Source: Abditibacterium sp. (GTDB lineage Bacteria; Armatimonadota; Abditibacteriia; Abditibacteriales; Abditibacteriaceae). From it: a DNA stretch of 64,000 nucleotides. Of the stretch, positions 18,545 to 27,420 are shown piece after piece. The stretch's first letter is position 1; each line of letters opens with the position of its first letter. The DNA lies in contig OZ251992.1 of the NCBI GenBank assembly GCA_965246885.1, positions 1,024,001-1,088,000 of the forward strand. Reading direction: 5' to 3'. The position numbers were made by a program, and so were the translations under genes. The notes below the pieces were generated by a model. The model saw nothing but the letters and a program-made list of their open reading frames with translations. It ran no database searches and had not been told where the DNA came from.

Positions 18545-18874
18545 TTAATCGCAGTCCACTTCGCACTGCAAGCGGATTTCGCGCAGAACGCGGGCGACGT
18601 CGTGGCACTTGTCGCGCTCGCCCTTGAAGCAGACGGCGCGGCCTTTGGCTTCGACTTCTTGGATGATTTTGACGGCTTCTTCGGACGAACATTGCGTGGC
18701 TTTGATGAGTTGGTCGTGCACGTCGTCGGCGCTGTGCCAGTCGTCGTTGTAAAGGATGACGCGGTATCCGCTCCCGCTCCCCGCTCCGGGGCCGCCCAGT
18801 TCGGGTTCCATGACGACGAGGCCGCCTTCTTCGGGGTTGGAAAACGGGTTAGATTCGGAAAGAGGAATGTCCAT
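18545..18874 (-). CDS. clpS: ClpS adaptor protein
   Basis: YRVILYNDDWH, EVEAKGRAVC. Confidence 0.88.
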   Translation of the reverse strand: MDIPLSESNPFSNPEEGGLVVMEPELGGPGAGSGSGYRVILYNDDWHSADDVHDQLIKATQCSSEEAVKIIQEVEAKGRAVCFKGERDKCHDVARVLREIRLQCEVDCD

Positions 18875-18899
18875 CGGAGCAAACGCTGTGTTGAGGTGG

Positions 18900-18937
18900 C
18901 AATTGGAACGAATCGCCCGCGCGAGCCGTTCCAATTG
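18900..18937. promoter_or_regulatory. Perfect 11-bp inverted repeat between divergent clpS and the Rrf2 gene
   Basis: CAATTGGAACG-N16-CGTTCCAATTG, ending 6 nt before the Rrf2 ATG. Confidence 0.5.
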
Positions 18938-18943
18938 AGCAGT

Positions 18944-19444
18944 ATGAAAATCTCAACGCGCGGCGAGTATGGCTTACGCGCCCTGATGGAGTTGGGCTTG
19001 GAGCCGGACAAGGGCCTGAGCCTACGCGACATCGCCAAACGGCAAAACATCTCGCTCGACTACTTGGAGCAGATTGTGCCCGCGCTCAAAGCCAGTGGCC
19101 TCGTCAAAGCCAAACGCGGCGCGCAGGGCGGCTACCAACTCGCCCGCGACCCCGCAGACATCACCGTCCTCGAAGCGTTGCGCGCCCTTGAAGGCCCCTT
19201 CGAGCCGATGATTTGCCTAAGCGATGGCACCAAGTCCAGCATCGCTTCCACCAAGAACTCCACCTGCGGCGCCTCCGGCTCGTGCGCCGTTCAGGAAGTC
19301 TGGCGCGAACTGCAATTAGCGGTTGAAACCGTCCTCCGCAACCTCACCCTCGCCGAACTGCTGCGCCGCCAAGAAGAGCAGTTCGGCGTGCCCATCCGCA
19401 CCTACCGCGAGCGCTCCCTCGCGCCCTTGCCGATGCTGAACTGA
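18944..19444 (+). CDS. Rrf2 family regulator (IscR/CymR-like, three Cys)
   Basis: MKISTRGEYGLRAL, YLEQI, KRGAQGGYQLAR, C-x16-C-x5-C. Confidence 0.93.
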   Translation: MKISTRGEYGLRALMELGLEPDKGLSLRDIAKRQNISLDYLEQIVPALKASGLVKAKRGAQGGYQLARDPADITVLEALRALEGPFEPMICLSDGTKSSIASTKNSTCGASGSCAVQEVWRELQLAVETVLRNLTLAELLRRQEEQFGVPIRTYRERSLAPLPMLN

Positions 19445-19480
19445 CCAGCCCTCGCGGGTGCGCTAAAATTCCCCTTACAC

Positions 19481-20638
19481 ATGTTTCGCACCGACATCGC
19501 GCCGCACGGGGGGCGCCTCATCAACCGCTTCGTGTTTGGAGCCGAGGCCGACGACCTGCGCGAGCGGGCCAAGACGCTCACGCCCATCGCGCTCGCCGAC
19601 CGGCGTTTGTCCGACCTCGAACTCATCGGCAACGGCGCCTTCTCGCCCTTGGAAGGCTTCATGGGCCGCGCCGATTACGAGAATTGCATCATCAACCAGC
19701 GCCTTGCCAACGGGCTGCCTTGGACAATCCCCGTCACCCTCGCCGTATCGGAGGACGAGGCCGACGCCCTGCACATTGACCAAGAAATCGCGCTCGTGGA
19801 CAAGTTCGAGAACATCCTCGCGGTCATGGAGGTCAGCGAGAAATACCGTTACGACAAAGAGCGCGAAGCGCGCCTCGTCTACCGCACCCTTGAAGATGCC
19901 CACCCCGGCGTGCGCAACCTGTTCCGGCGCGGCGACATCCACTTGGGCGGCAAAATCCGCGTCCTTCAAGAGCGCGCCGACAAAGCCTTCCCCGGCGAGC
20001 GCCTCACGCCGCTCCAAGTGCGCCGCGCTTTCGCCGAGCGCGGTTGGCGCAAAATCGTTGGCTTCCACACGCGCAACCCCATCCACCGCGCCCACGAATA
20101 CATCACCAAGTCTGCCCTCGAAACAATGGACGGTTTGCTCGTGCATCCCATCTACTCCGCGACCGAGCGCGACGAAATCCCCGCCGAAGTGCGCATGGAG
20201 TGCTACCGCACCCTGCTCCAGCACTACTACCCCGCCAGCCGGACGATGCTCGCGGTTCTGCCCGCCGCCAGCCGCTTCGCCGGGCCGCGCGAGGCCATCT
20301 TTCACGCGCTGATTCGTAAGAACTACGGCTGCACGCATTTCATCGTGGGCCGCGACCACGCGGGCGTGGGCAACTACTACGGCACCTTCGACGCCCAGTA
20401 CATCTTCGACGAGTTCGAGCCGGACGAATTGGGCATTACGCCGATGACCTTCGACCACGCCTACTTCTCCCCCACCATCGGCGGCATGGGCACCGATAAA
20501 ACCATGCCCGACGACGCCCAAAAGGTCGCGCTGTCGGGCACGAAAGTCCGCCAGATGCTGCTCGACGGCCAAATCCCGCCCGCCGAGTTCACCCGCCCCG
20601 AAGTCGCGCGCGTCCTGATTTCGGCAATGAGGAAGTGA
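19481..20638 (+). CDS. sat: Sulfate adenylyltransferase (ATP sulfurylase)
   Basis: PHGG, FSPLEGFM, TRNPIHRAHE, AGPREA, HFIVGRDHAG, LSGTKVR. Confidence 0.9.
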   Translation: MFRTDIAPHGGRLINRFVFGAEADDLRERAKTLTPIALADRRLSDLELIGNGAFSPLEGFMGRADYENCIINQRLANGLPWTIPVTLAVSEDEADALHIDQEIALVDKFENILAVMEVSEKYRYDKEREARLVYRTLEDAHPGVRNLFRRGDIHLGGKIRVLQERADKAFPGERLTPLQVRRAFAERGWRKIVGFHTRNPIHRAHEYITKSALETMDGLLVHPIYSATERDEIPAEVRMECYRTLLQHYYPASRTMLAVLPAASRFAGPREAIFHALIRKNYGCTHFIVGRDHAGVGNYYGTFDAQYIFDEFEPDELGITPMTFDHAYFSPTIGGMGTDKTMPDDAQKVALSGTKVRQMLLDGQIPPAEFTRPEVARVLISAMRK

Positions 20639-20644
20639 TTGATT

Positions 20645-20887
20645 ATGGAACCCAAACCGCACCGCATGGTAGACGACGAGCATTACGGCCTTCGGACGAT
20701 GCTCGAAGACGATGAATTGGCGCAAGCGGCAACAGACGCTGACGACGAAACGGCTGTAGTGCTTCTGTTGAACGCCAACCGCTACTTGGTGGCACTAATG
20801 CTTTGGCGTAACCGGACGGGCGCTGACTTGGCAACTGCTAAACATGCTGTCGCTCAAATCGCAGAACGCCACGACATCTCTTTTTGA
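20645..20887 (+). CDS. Small hypothetical protein with an L7/L12 C-terminal-like motif
   Basis: ALMLWRNRTGADLATAKHAV resembles the AIKxxRExTGxGLKEAKxxVE pattern; codons are visibly more A/T-ending than in neighbours. Confidence 0.55.
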   Translation: MEPKPHRMVDDEHYGLRTMLEDDELAQAATDADDETAVVLLLNANRYLVALMLWRNRTGADLATAKHAVAQIAERHDISF

Positions 20888-20890
20888 ATC

Positions 20891-21352
20891 ATGCTTTACC
20901 TTTCCGATTCCGATTACCAGAAGATCGTCGCGCACGGGTTGTCCGGGAAGCCGCTTGAGATTTGCGGCTTGCTCGTCGGGCACGGGAGCGGCGACGACAC
21001 TCACGTCTTCGAGGTTCACGCGGTGGATTCCAAAGACCTGAGCGAGAAGACTTACAACATGGACGCGCTCAAATACATGAAGGTGGACGCCGACGCGCAG
21101 GCGCGGGGGCTGCAAATCGTCGGCATTTACCATACCCACCCCGCGACCGAGCCGTACCCTTCGCCCACCGACATGGAGCGCGCCCACTGGGAAGGGAGTG
21201 ACGACCTGATTTTTCCCGGCTACTCCTACCTCATCGTGTCGCTACGCGACCCCGCCCATCCCGAACCGCGCTCCTTCAAACTGGTCGGCAAGCGCCGCCC
21301 CGAAGACGTGCGTGAAGAGACCGTTCGCATCGGCAACGGGGAGAATATGTAA
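20891..21352 (+). CDS. JAB/MPN+ (M67) metallopeptidase, Mec-like
   Basis: EICGLL, YHTHP-x5-PSPTD JAMM motif, YLIVSL. Confidence 0.9.
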   Translation: MLYLSDSDYQKIVAHGLSGKPLEICGLLVGHGSGDDTHVFEVHAVDSKDLSEKTYNMDALKYMKVDADAQARGLQIVGIYHTHPATEPYPSPTDMERAHWEGSDDLIFPGYSYLIVSLRDPAHPEPRSFKLVGKRRPEDVREETVRIGNGENM

Positions 21353-21394
21353 CCTCGCGGGTTCCAATCCGTCTACCGCCTCGTATTTCCCATC

Positions 21395-22360
21395 ATGACA
21401 CCCAATCAACTGCACGGACTTGACGGCGTAGACGAGCGTCTGAGCGGCCCTGTGTCCATCCTCGATCTGGTCGGCAACACGCCGCTTATCGAACTTAAAA
21501 AGCTGACGGCGCACCTGCGCACCGTGCGGGTGTTTGGCAAAGCCGAATACATGAACCCCGCCGGAAGCGTCAAAGACCGCCCCGCCCTCAACATGATTTT
21601 GCGCGGCATCGAGACCGGAGAACTCACGCCCGACAAGACTATCCTCGACTCCACGTCGGGCAACACCGGCATCGCCTACGCCATGATCGGCGCCGCGCTG
21701 GGATACAAAGTCAAGCTCGTCATGCCCGGCAACGTTTCGACCGAGCGCCGCGCCATCGTGAAAATGTATGGCGCCGAAACCATTCTCAGTTCCGCCTTCG
21801 ACGGCAGCGACGGCGCCATCCTCAAGGCCCGCGAAATCTACGACGCCGATCCCACCCGCTACTTCAAGCCCGACCAATACAACAACGAGGCCAACCCCGA
21901 AGCGCACTACAAGGGCACCGGCCCGGAAATCTGGCGCCAAACCGAGGGGCGCGTCACGCACTTTCTCGCTACGCTTGGCACCTCCGGCACGCTCATGGGC
22001 ACCTCGCGCTTCTTGAAGGAAGCCAACCCCGACATCCAAGTCGTCGCCGTCGAACCCGACAACGCCATGCATGGCATCGAGGGGCTAAAGCACATGGCGA
22101 CCAGCATCAAGCCGGGCATCTACGACCCCGACATCGCCGACATTCACGTCGGCGCCCAAACCGAGGACGCCTACGACATGCAAGCGCGCTTGGCCGAAGA
22201 GGAGGGCATCTTCGTCGGCTTTAGCGCGGGCGCGGCGGTCTATTGCGCCCTGAGGCTCGCCGAAGAATTAGACCGCACCGGCCAAGAGGCCCAAATCGTC
22301 ACCATCCTCTGCGACCGGGGCGACCGTTACCTTACGCAACTCGCGCAGATGAATCTGTGA
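21395..22360 (+). CDS. cysM: PLP-dependent cysteine synthase (CysM-like)
   Basis: GNTPL, NPAGSVKDR, TSGNTG, GTSGT, CDRGDRYL. Confidence 0.88.
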   Translation: MTPNQLHGLDGVDERLSGPVSILDLVGNTPLIELKKLTAHLRTVRVFGKAEYMNPAGSVKDRPALNMILRGIETGELTPDKTILDSTSGNTGIAYAMIGAALGYKVKLVMPGNVSTERRAIVKMYGAETILSSAFDGSDGAILKAREIYDADPTRYFKPDQYNNEANPEAHYKGTGPEIWRQTEGRVTHFLATLGTSGTLMGTSRFLKEANPDIQVVAVEPDNAMHGIEGLKHMATSIKPGIYDPDIADIHVGAQTEDAYDMQARLAEEEGIFVGFSAGAAVYCALRLAEELDRTGQEAQIVTILCDRGDRYLTQLAQMNL

Positions 22361-22384
22361 ATGGGGCTTTCGGTGAGTGCCACT

Positions 22385-22454
22385 CGTAGGGACGCTGCTT
22401 GCCGCGTCCGCGCCAGATTGTAGCGAAGTGGACGCGGCAAGCAGCGTCCCTACG
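22385..22454. repeat. GTAG-type REP doublet (REPIN-like)
   Basis: Perfect 25-bp inverted arms CGTAGGGACGCTGCTTGCCGCGTCC; each arm contains the GGACGC/GCGTCC palindrome. Confidence 0.9.
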
Positions 22455-22471
22455 TTTCCTAAAGCAAGAAG

Positions 22472-23065
22472 ATGAACCCCCACCAACGCAAGCGCGCGTC
22501 CGAAGCCTTCCTCCTCTCAAAAGGCGTCGCGGTCGACCCCGCCCTCCCGCCCATTGAGGCCGACTTCCCCGCGCGTTCGATCCGTGAAATCGCGCGGCGG
22601 GCGTTTTGCCTCACGCTTGTGGCGCTTAAGGGCGAGGGCATGAGCGAGGGCGAAGTGCGCGAGTTCAAAGCGGAATACGCCCTCGATACCCATCTGTCTG
22701 TTCAAGAGAACCGCTTCTTGGTCGCGCCGCCCTCGCCCCAAGATGCGCGCTGGGTGTGGCGTTTCGAGGCGCTCCATGTCCTGCTGTGGGCGCTGGGCTA
22801 CGTGCATGCGTTGGGCTTCCCCGACGCCGAGACGGACATCGCCCCGGAATTGGAGTTCGCCCGCGAACTGGGGCCGGACGGCTTCGTCGAGGGCGCGCTG
22901 CTCCGTTCTAATGCGGCGACGTTGGACGCGGCGGATTGGGTGTTCCGTTTGCATCAAGCTGTCGCTGATGGGCGCGCGGGAACGGGGGCCGTGATAGAAG
23001 AGGTCGTCGAGCAGTGGAGCGAGGCGCTGGATTGGCTCACGCGCGAAGAGGAAGTGTGGCGGTGA
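22472..23065 (+). CDS. DUF4272-like protein
   Basis: WRFEALHVLLWALG, LDAADWVFRLH, EALDWL. Confidence 0.7.
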   Translation: MNPHQRKRASEAFLLSKGVAVDPALPPIEADFPARSIREIARRAFCLTLVALKGEGMSEGEVREFKAEYALDTHLSVQENRFLVAPPSPQDARWVWRFEALHVLLWALGYVHALGFPDAETDIAPELEFARELGPDGFVEGALLRSNAATLDAADWVFRLHQAVADGRAGTGAVIEEVVEQWSEALDWLTREEEVWR

Positions 23066-23146
23066 AGAGGCGGCAGGGTAGGGAGCCGACGACCGGGGCG
23101 CGATTCACTTAAAATGTGTGGCGTTGGGTGAGGGGACAGGGCGCGT

Positions 23147-24556
23147 TTGAAATTGTTCATGCTGTTGTTGCTCGCCGCTTTGTGCGGCTGTGTCGAGGCG
23201 CTGTTTACGGCGTTAGAAGTGGCGCTGGGCGCCGTTTCGCGCGCGCGGTTGCGGGCTTTGTCCGAGCCAAGCGGAAACGGCGAAGAACCTCCGCCAACCG
23301 CTTCGCAAACCCGCAGCGCGCGCGCCGTTTTGTCGCTTCTCGAACACCCCGACCGTTTGTCCATCTTGTTCCTGTGCGTCACCTCGCTCTCGTTGTGGGG
23401 CGGAGCCTCCTTGCTGACGTGGGGATGGCTCGCGGGGCAGTGGAGCGTCTGGGAACTTTTAGGCGCGTTAGTCGCCCTTTTGTTCGTCGCCGAAGTCGTG
23501 CCCATCTTGCTCGCGGCGGGGCACGCCGAAGCTATCGCGTTGCGCGGCGCGCGCTTCGTGCAAGGGGCGCAATTCGCTTTGCGCCCGCTCACTGCCGTCG
23601 TCGGCGCGCTCGCGTTTGGCTTGGCGCGCCTGCTTGGAAGCGGCCCCCGCCCGCGCACCCACGTGACCGAAAACGAACTACGAACGGCTCTGGCTGCCGC
23701 CGAAGAGGAAGGCACCATCGAGTCCGGCGAGCGCGCCCTCATCGAAGGCGCGATGGATTTGCGCACCCAAACCGTCGGCGAAGTCATGACGCCCCGGCTC
23801 GACATCGTGGGTATCCCCGCGAGCGCCTCGCTGTCCGAGGCGCTGCAAATTGCCCTGCGCGAGGGACATTCGCGCTTACCCGTCTACGACGGTTCACTTG
23901 ATAAAATCGTCGGCGTGTTGGCGGCCAAAGACTTGCTTTCCTTTGTGCGTCCCGCTTCCACTCCGGCACGGATGGAAAAGACCGCGCGCGATGTCACGCG
24001 GCCCGCGCTGTTCGTGCCCGAAAGTGGGCGCGTTAATGTCGCTTTGGAGGAACTACGCCGCAATCGCACTCTGTTCGCCGTCGTGGTAGACGCGAACGGC
24101 GCAACGGCGGGCATTGTTACCCTCGAAGACCTCTTGGAAGAGTTAGTTGGCGAGATACAAGACGAATACGACGCCGAAGAAGCGCCCGTGCGCTGGCTTA
24201 ACGAAGAACAAAGCGCGTTGGGCGAGCCGCCGCTGTTGGCGTGTGATGCCGGTTCCAGCGTGCGCGAATTGGGCCGCTTCTTCGGCGAGCGCTTGGGATA
24301 CTCGCTCACCCTGCGCGACGCGAGCGGCGCTCCCGTCGGGTCGGGCACCTCCTTGGCGGCCTTGTTCTTAGAGGTCTTTGGGCGCGTGCCCAAAGTCGGC
24401 GACGAAGCCCCCGTCGGCGCGGCTTTGGCCGCATCGGGCGCGGCTTCCGAGGCGCGCCGCGCGGAGTTCGATGTCGTGTTCTGCGTCGCGCAGATGGACG
24501 GCCCGCGCTTGGTGGAGTTGCGCGTGCAACTGCGGCCCGATGAAGGAGGCGAGTAG
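23147..24556 (+). CDS. CNNM/CBS (hemolysin/CorC family) membrane protein
   Basis: TM region, EVMTPRLDI, HSRLPVY, GIVTLEDLLEELVGEIQDEYD. Confidence 0.9.
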   Translation: MKLFMLLLLAALCGCVEALFTALEVALGAVSRARLRALSEPSGNGEEPPPTASQTRSARAVLSLLEHPDRLSILFLCVTSLSLWGGASLLTWGWLAGQWSVWELLGALVALLFVAEVVPILLAAGHAEAIALRGARFVQGAQFALRPLTAVVGALAFGLARLLGSGPRPRTHVTENELRTALAAAEEEGTIESGERALIEGAMDLRTQTVGEVMTPRLDIVGIPASASLSEALQIALREGHSRLPVYDGSLDKIVGVLAAKDLLSFVRPASTPARMEKTARDVTRPALFVPESGRVNVALEELRRNRTLFAVVVDANGATAGIVTLEDLLEELVGEIQDEYDAEEAPVRWLNEEQSALGEPPLLACDAGSSVRELGRFFGERLGYSLTLRDASGAPVGSGTSLAALFLEVFGRVPKVGDEAPVGAALAASGAASEARRAEFDVVFCVAQMDGPRLVELRVQLRPDEGGE

Positions 24557-24574
24557 AGCATCGCCGCAACCCCC

Positions 24575-25846
24575 ATGACCATCCTCTTGGCCCTTCTCTT
24601 TTGCCTCGCCATCGTGGCGCTGTTTGCCGCGTCCGAGGCAGCCTTAGCCGCGACCAACCGCGTGCGGCTCCGGCACCTACTGCGCGCCCAAAGCGGCGAA
24701 GAGGGCGGGGTCGCGCAACTTCTCAGTTCCGAACTTGACCGCGACGCCCAGAACTTTATTGCGTCCGTTACCCTCGCGGCCAACTTGCCCTTGGTCGCGG
24801 CGGCGGCCTTCGCGCTCCGTCTGGGGCGCGATAACTTCGGGGCGCGCGGCGCCCTCTTCGGCGCAGGGGTAGCGCTCCTCGCGCTGGTGGGGTTTCAAAT
24901 CGTGCCGCGCCTGCTTGTATCGGCTCCCGGCGCGCTCGAAAAACTGTGGTGGGTGCGGCCCGCGCGCTTTTTGCTGGCGTTGCTTTCGCCCTTAGTGGCG
25001 TTGTTGCTGGGCGTCGGGCGTTTGCTCTTGCGCCCGCTTCTTGCCGCCAACGCGCGCGCGGACTCCCAAAGTGCGGGGCAGGGTGACGCCGAACTGCTGG
25101 AACTTGTGGATTCGGCGGGCGACGGCGGCGACTTGTCGCAGTCGCGCGAACTCATCGCTTCCATCTTCACCTTCGGCGACACGCGCGTCCACGAAGTGAT
25201 GATCCCGCGCCCCGACATCACCGCGCTCCCCCAGACCGCGACTGCCGCCGATGCCATCGCGCTTTTTCAAGACACCGGCTTGTCCCGCTTGCCGCTTTAC
25301 AACCTCTCGATAGACGAGGTCGTGGGTATACTGCACGTCAAAGACGTGCTAAAGCAGTTGGGCGAGGGGCGCTTCGATTTCTCGCCGCGCGACCTGATGC
25401 GCGAGCCGCTTTATCTGCCCGAATCCCAGCCCATAGACGACGCCCTCGCGCGCATGCGAGCCGCCAAAACGCACCTCGCGCTCGTCATGGACGAATACGG
25501 CGGCACCGCCGGACTGCTGACGGTCGAGGATATTCTCGAAGAATTGGTTGGCGAAATCGCGGACGAACACGACCGCCGCGAAGACGAAGCCTTGCTTGTT
25601 CTGGACGCCCATACCGCCATTGCCGACGCCCGCCTCCACACCGACGACCTGCGCGAACAGTGGGGCGTGGCGCTGCCATCGGGCGGGTTCGATACTGTCG
25701 GCGGCTTCGTCATCGAAACCTTGGGCCGCGAAGCCCGCCTCAACGATGTCGTCGAAACCCCCGGCGCCCGTCTTAGCGTTTACTCGGTGCGCGGGAGAAG
25801 GCCGCGCAAGATTAAAATTGAAAAACTGGAGGGGGACAGCGACTGA
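24575..25846 (+). CDS. CNNM/CBS/CorC membrane protein, tandem paralog
   Basis: EVMIPRPDI, SRLPLY, DEYGGTAGLLTVEDILEELVGEIADEHD, FDTVGGF. Confidence 0.92.
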   Translation: MTILLALLFCLAIVALFAASEAALAATNRVRLRHLLRAQSGEEGGVAQLLSSELDRDAQNFIASVTLAANLPLVAAAAFALRLGRDNFGARGALFGAGVALLALVGFQIVPRLLVSAPGALEKLWWVRPARFLLALLSPLVALLLGVGRLLLRPLLAANARADSQSAGQGDAELLELVDSAGDGGDLSQSRELIASIFTFGDTRVHEVMIPRPDITALPQTATAADAIALFQDTGLSRLPLYNLSIDEVVGILHVKDVLKQLGEGRFDFSPRDLMREPLYLPESQPIDDALARMRAAKTHLALVMDEYGGTAGLLTVEDILEELVGEIADEHDRREDEALLVLDAHTAIADARLHTDDLREQWGVALPSGGFDTVGGFVIETLGREARLNDVVETPGARLSVYSVRGRRPRKIKIEKLEGDSD

Positions 25847-26143
25847 AGTCGCAGCCAGCAAAGTCGTCGGCCTTCGCCGACAGAAGCACGTCAACGAAGG
25901 TTGACGTTTTCGCTGGCTGCGAATTGATTCGCTCGGTGGCAGGCGACTGAAGTCGCAGTCAGCAAAGTCGTCGGCCTTCGCCGACAGAAGCACGTCAACG
26001 AAGGTTGACGTTTTCGCTGGCTGCGAATTGATTCGCTCGGTGGCAGGCGACTGAAGTCGCAGCCAGCAAAGTCGTCGGCCTTCGCCGACAGAAGCACGTC
26101 AACGAAGGTTGACGTTTTCGCTGGCTGCGAATTGATTCGCTCG
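25839..26143. repeat. Tandem array of three 104-bp palindromic elements (GCGACTGAAGTCGC family)
   Basis: Units start at 25839, 25943 and 26047 and are identical except for one base in unit 2 (last unit slightly short). Confidence 0.97.
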
Positions 26144-26201
26144 ATACTTATGCCTCGCGCAACCCGCGCCCATCGGACTTTTCTTTACTTGCATTCTTCT
26201 C

Positions 26202-27152
26202 ATGCCCATTACCGTTAGCACCAAAGCGCCCGCGAACACCAAAGGCGTTCCCTCGCCCATCGAAGAAGTCGTCGAAACGACCCGACTGCCCCAAGACAAA
26301 CTGATGGGGCTTGTGTCGCTGGGCGTTTGGATCGCCATCCTCCTCGTCGCTTGCGGCGTGTGGGATTTCTTTGAATCCACCAGCACCACCTTTGGCTATG
26401 GCATGCCCGTTTGGGCGCTTTTGGCGATTCTCGCGTATCTGGTGGTTGGCCCCGGCTACCTGTTGGGCAAGCTCCGCTCCAAGGGCGCCGCGCCCATTTC
26501 GACGCGCAACAAACCCACCATGAGCAGCCTGCTCGCCCGCGCCGCGCCGCTTTTCGCCATGCCCGAACCGGCGGCCTTCGTCGTCGAGCGCCCCAGCGCT
26601 TGCACCCGCGTGTGGCCCACTGCGCTCCTGTTTTCCAAGCCGCTTTTCGAGGTGATGGACGACAACGAGGCGTCGGTCTTGGCCGTGCGCGGCCTCGCCC
26701 ACCAAAAATTGGGGCACGCGCGCCGTTTGGCGATGCTCGACTTGCTCGACCAAACGCCCACCGTCACGAAAATTCTGGTGTGGCCCGTCGTCATCTACGC
26801 CCGTTTTCTGCGCCAACTGTGGCTCCCCCACGCCGAGCAAAGCGCCGACCGCTTGGCCTCCTTGCTTATCCGCAACCCGCTACTTATGATGAGCGCCATC
26901 CTCAAGGAATACGCCGCGTGCGACCCCGCCATGCAAGACTTTAGCATCACCTCCGCCGATGTCACAAACTGGATCGCCCAAAAAGGGCACATCGGCATGA
27001 AGGGCGAGGAGATTTCCACCCAATACAAACTGGGCCGCGCCATTCACGAAGCGCCCGTCTTAGAGGAACGCTTGCAAGAGTTGCAGCGCTGGAACGATTC
27101 GCCCGATTTCAAAGCCGCCGTCGACAAGCTGGCGAGCGCCAAGAAAGGCTAA
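26202..27152 (+). CDS. M48/HtpX-like membrane protein with degenerate zinc site
   Basis: Two N-terminal TMs, EASVLAVRGLAHQKLGH where HExxH is expected, EQSADR, PVLEERL. Confidence 0.7.
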   Translation: MPITVSTKAPANTKGVPSPIEEVVETTRLPQDKLMGLVSLGVWIAILLVACGVWDFFESTSTTFGYGMPVWALLAILAYLVVGPGYLLGKLRSKGAAPISTRNKPTMSSLLARAAPLFAMPEPAAFVVERPSACTRVWPTALLFSKPLFEVMDDNEASVLAVRGLAHQKLGHARRLAMLDLLDQTPTVTKILVWPVVIYARFLRQLWLPHAEQSADRLASLLIRNPLLMMSAILKEYAACDPAMQDFSITSADVTNWIAQKGHIGMKGEEISTQYKLGRAIHEAPVLEERLQELQRWNDSPDFKAAVDKLASAKKG

Positions 27153-27163
27153 TCACCCGCCGG

Positions 27164-27310
27164 GGCCAGTGAACGATTCGCCCGTACGGGCGGAAGAGTC
27201 ACACAGCCGGGCGAACGAATGACGCGGCTAATTCTTCCAATGGCGCGCCCCGGTGACTCGTCGGCGCGCTTCTGTCATTCCTCCGCGCGACCCGGTGACT
27301 CGTCGGCGCG
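27164..27310. repeat. 21-nt-period degenerate repeat, family B
   Basis: CCCGGTGACTCGTCGGCGCG recurs 42 nt apart; unit GCTAATTCTTCCAATGGCGCG at 27227. Confidence 0.7.
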
Positions 27311-27420
27311 GGCGGGCGCCTTCCTTTTCGCTCCTCGACACGCGGCGCGGGGCGAATGGGTGCGGGCGTTGTCTATAACTCCTTCGCGCCCGTGTGGTGC
27401 GAACAGTCGCAGTTCCACCG

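Noticed and set aside
20645..20887. CysO/MoaD sulfur carrier
   Set aside because: No C-terminal Gly-Gly, and the sequence looks helical rather than beta-grasp.
25839..26143. Possible CRISPR array
   Set aside because: Whole 104-bp units are identical, with no unique spacers, and there are no cas genes in the window.
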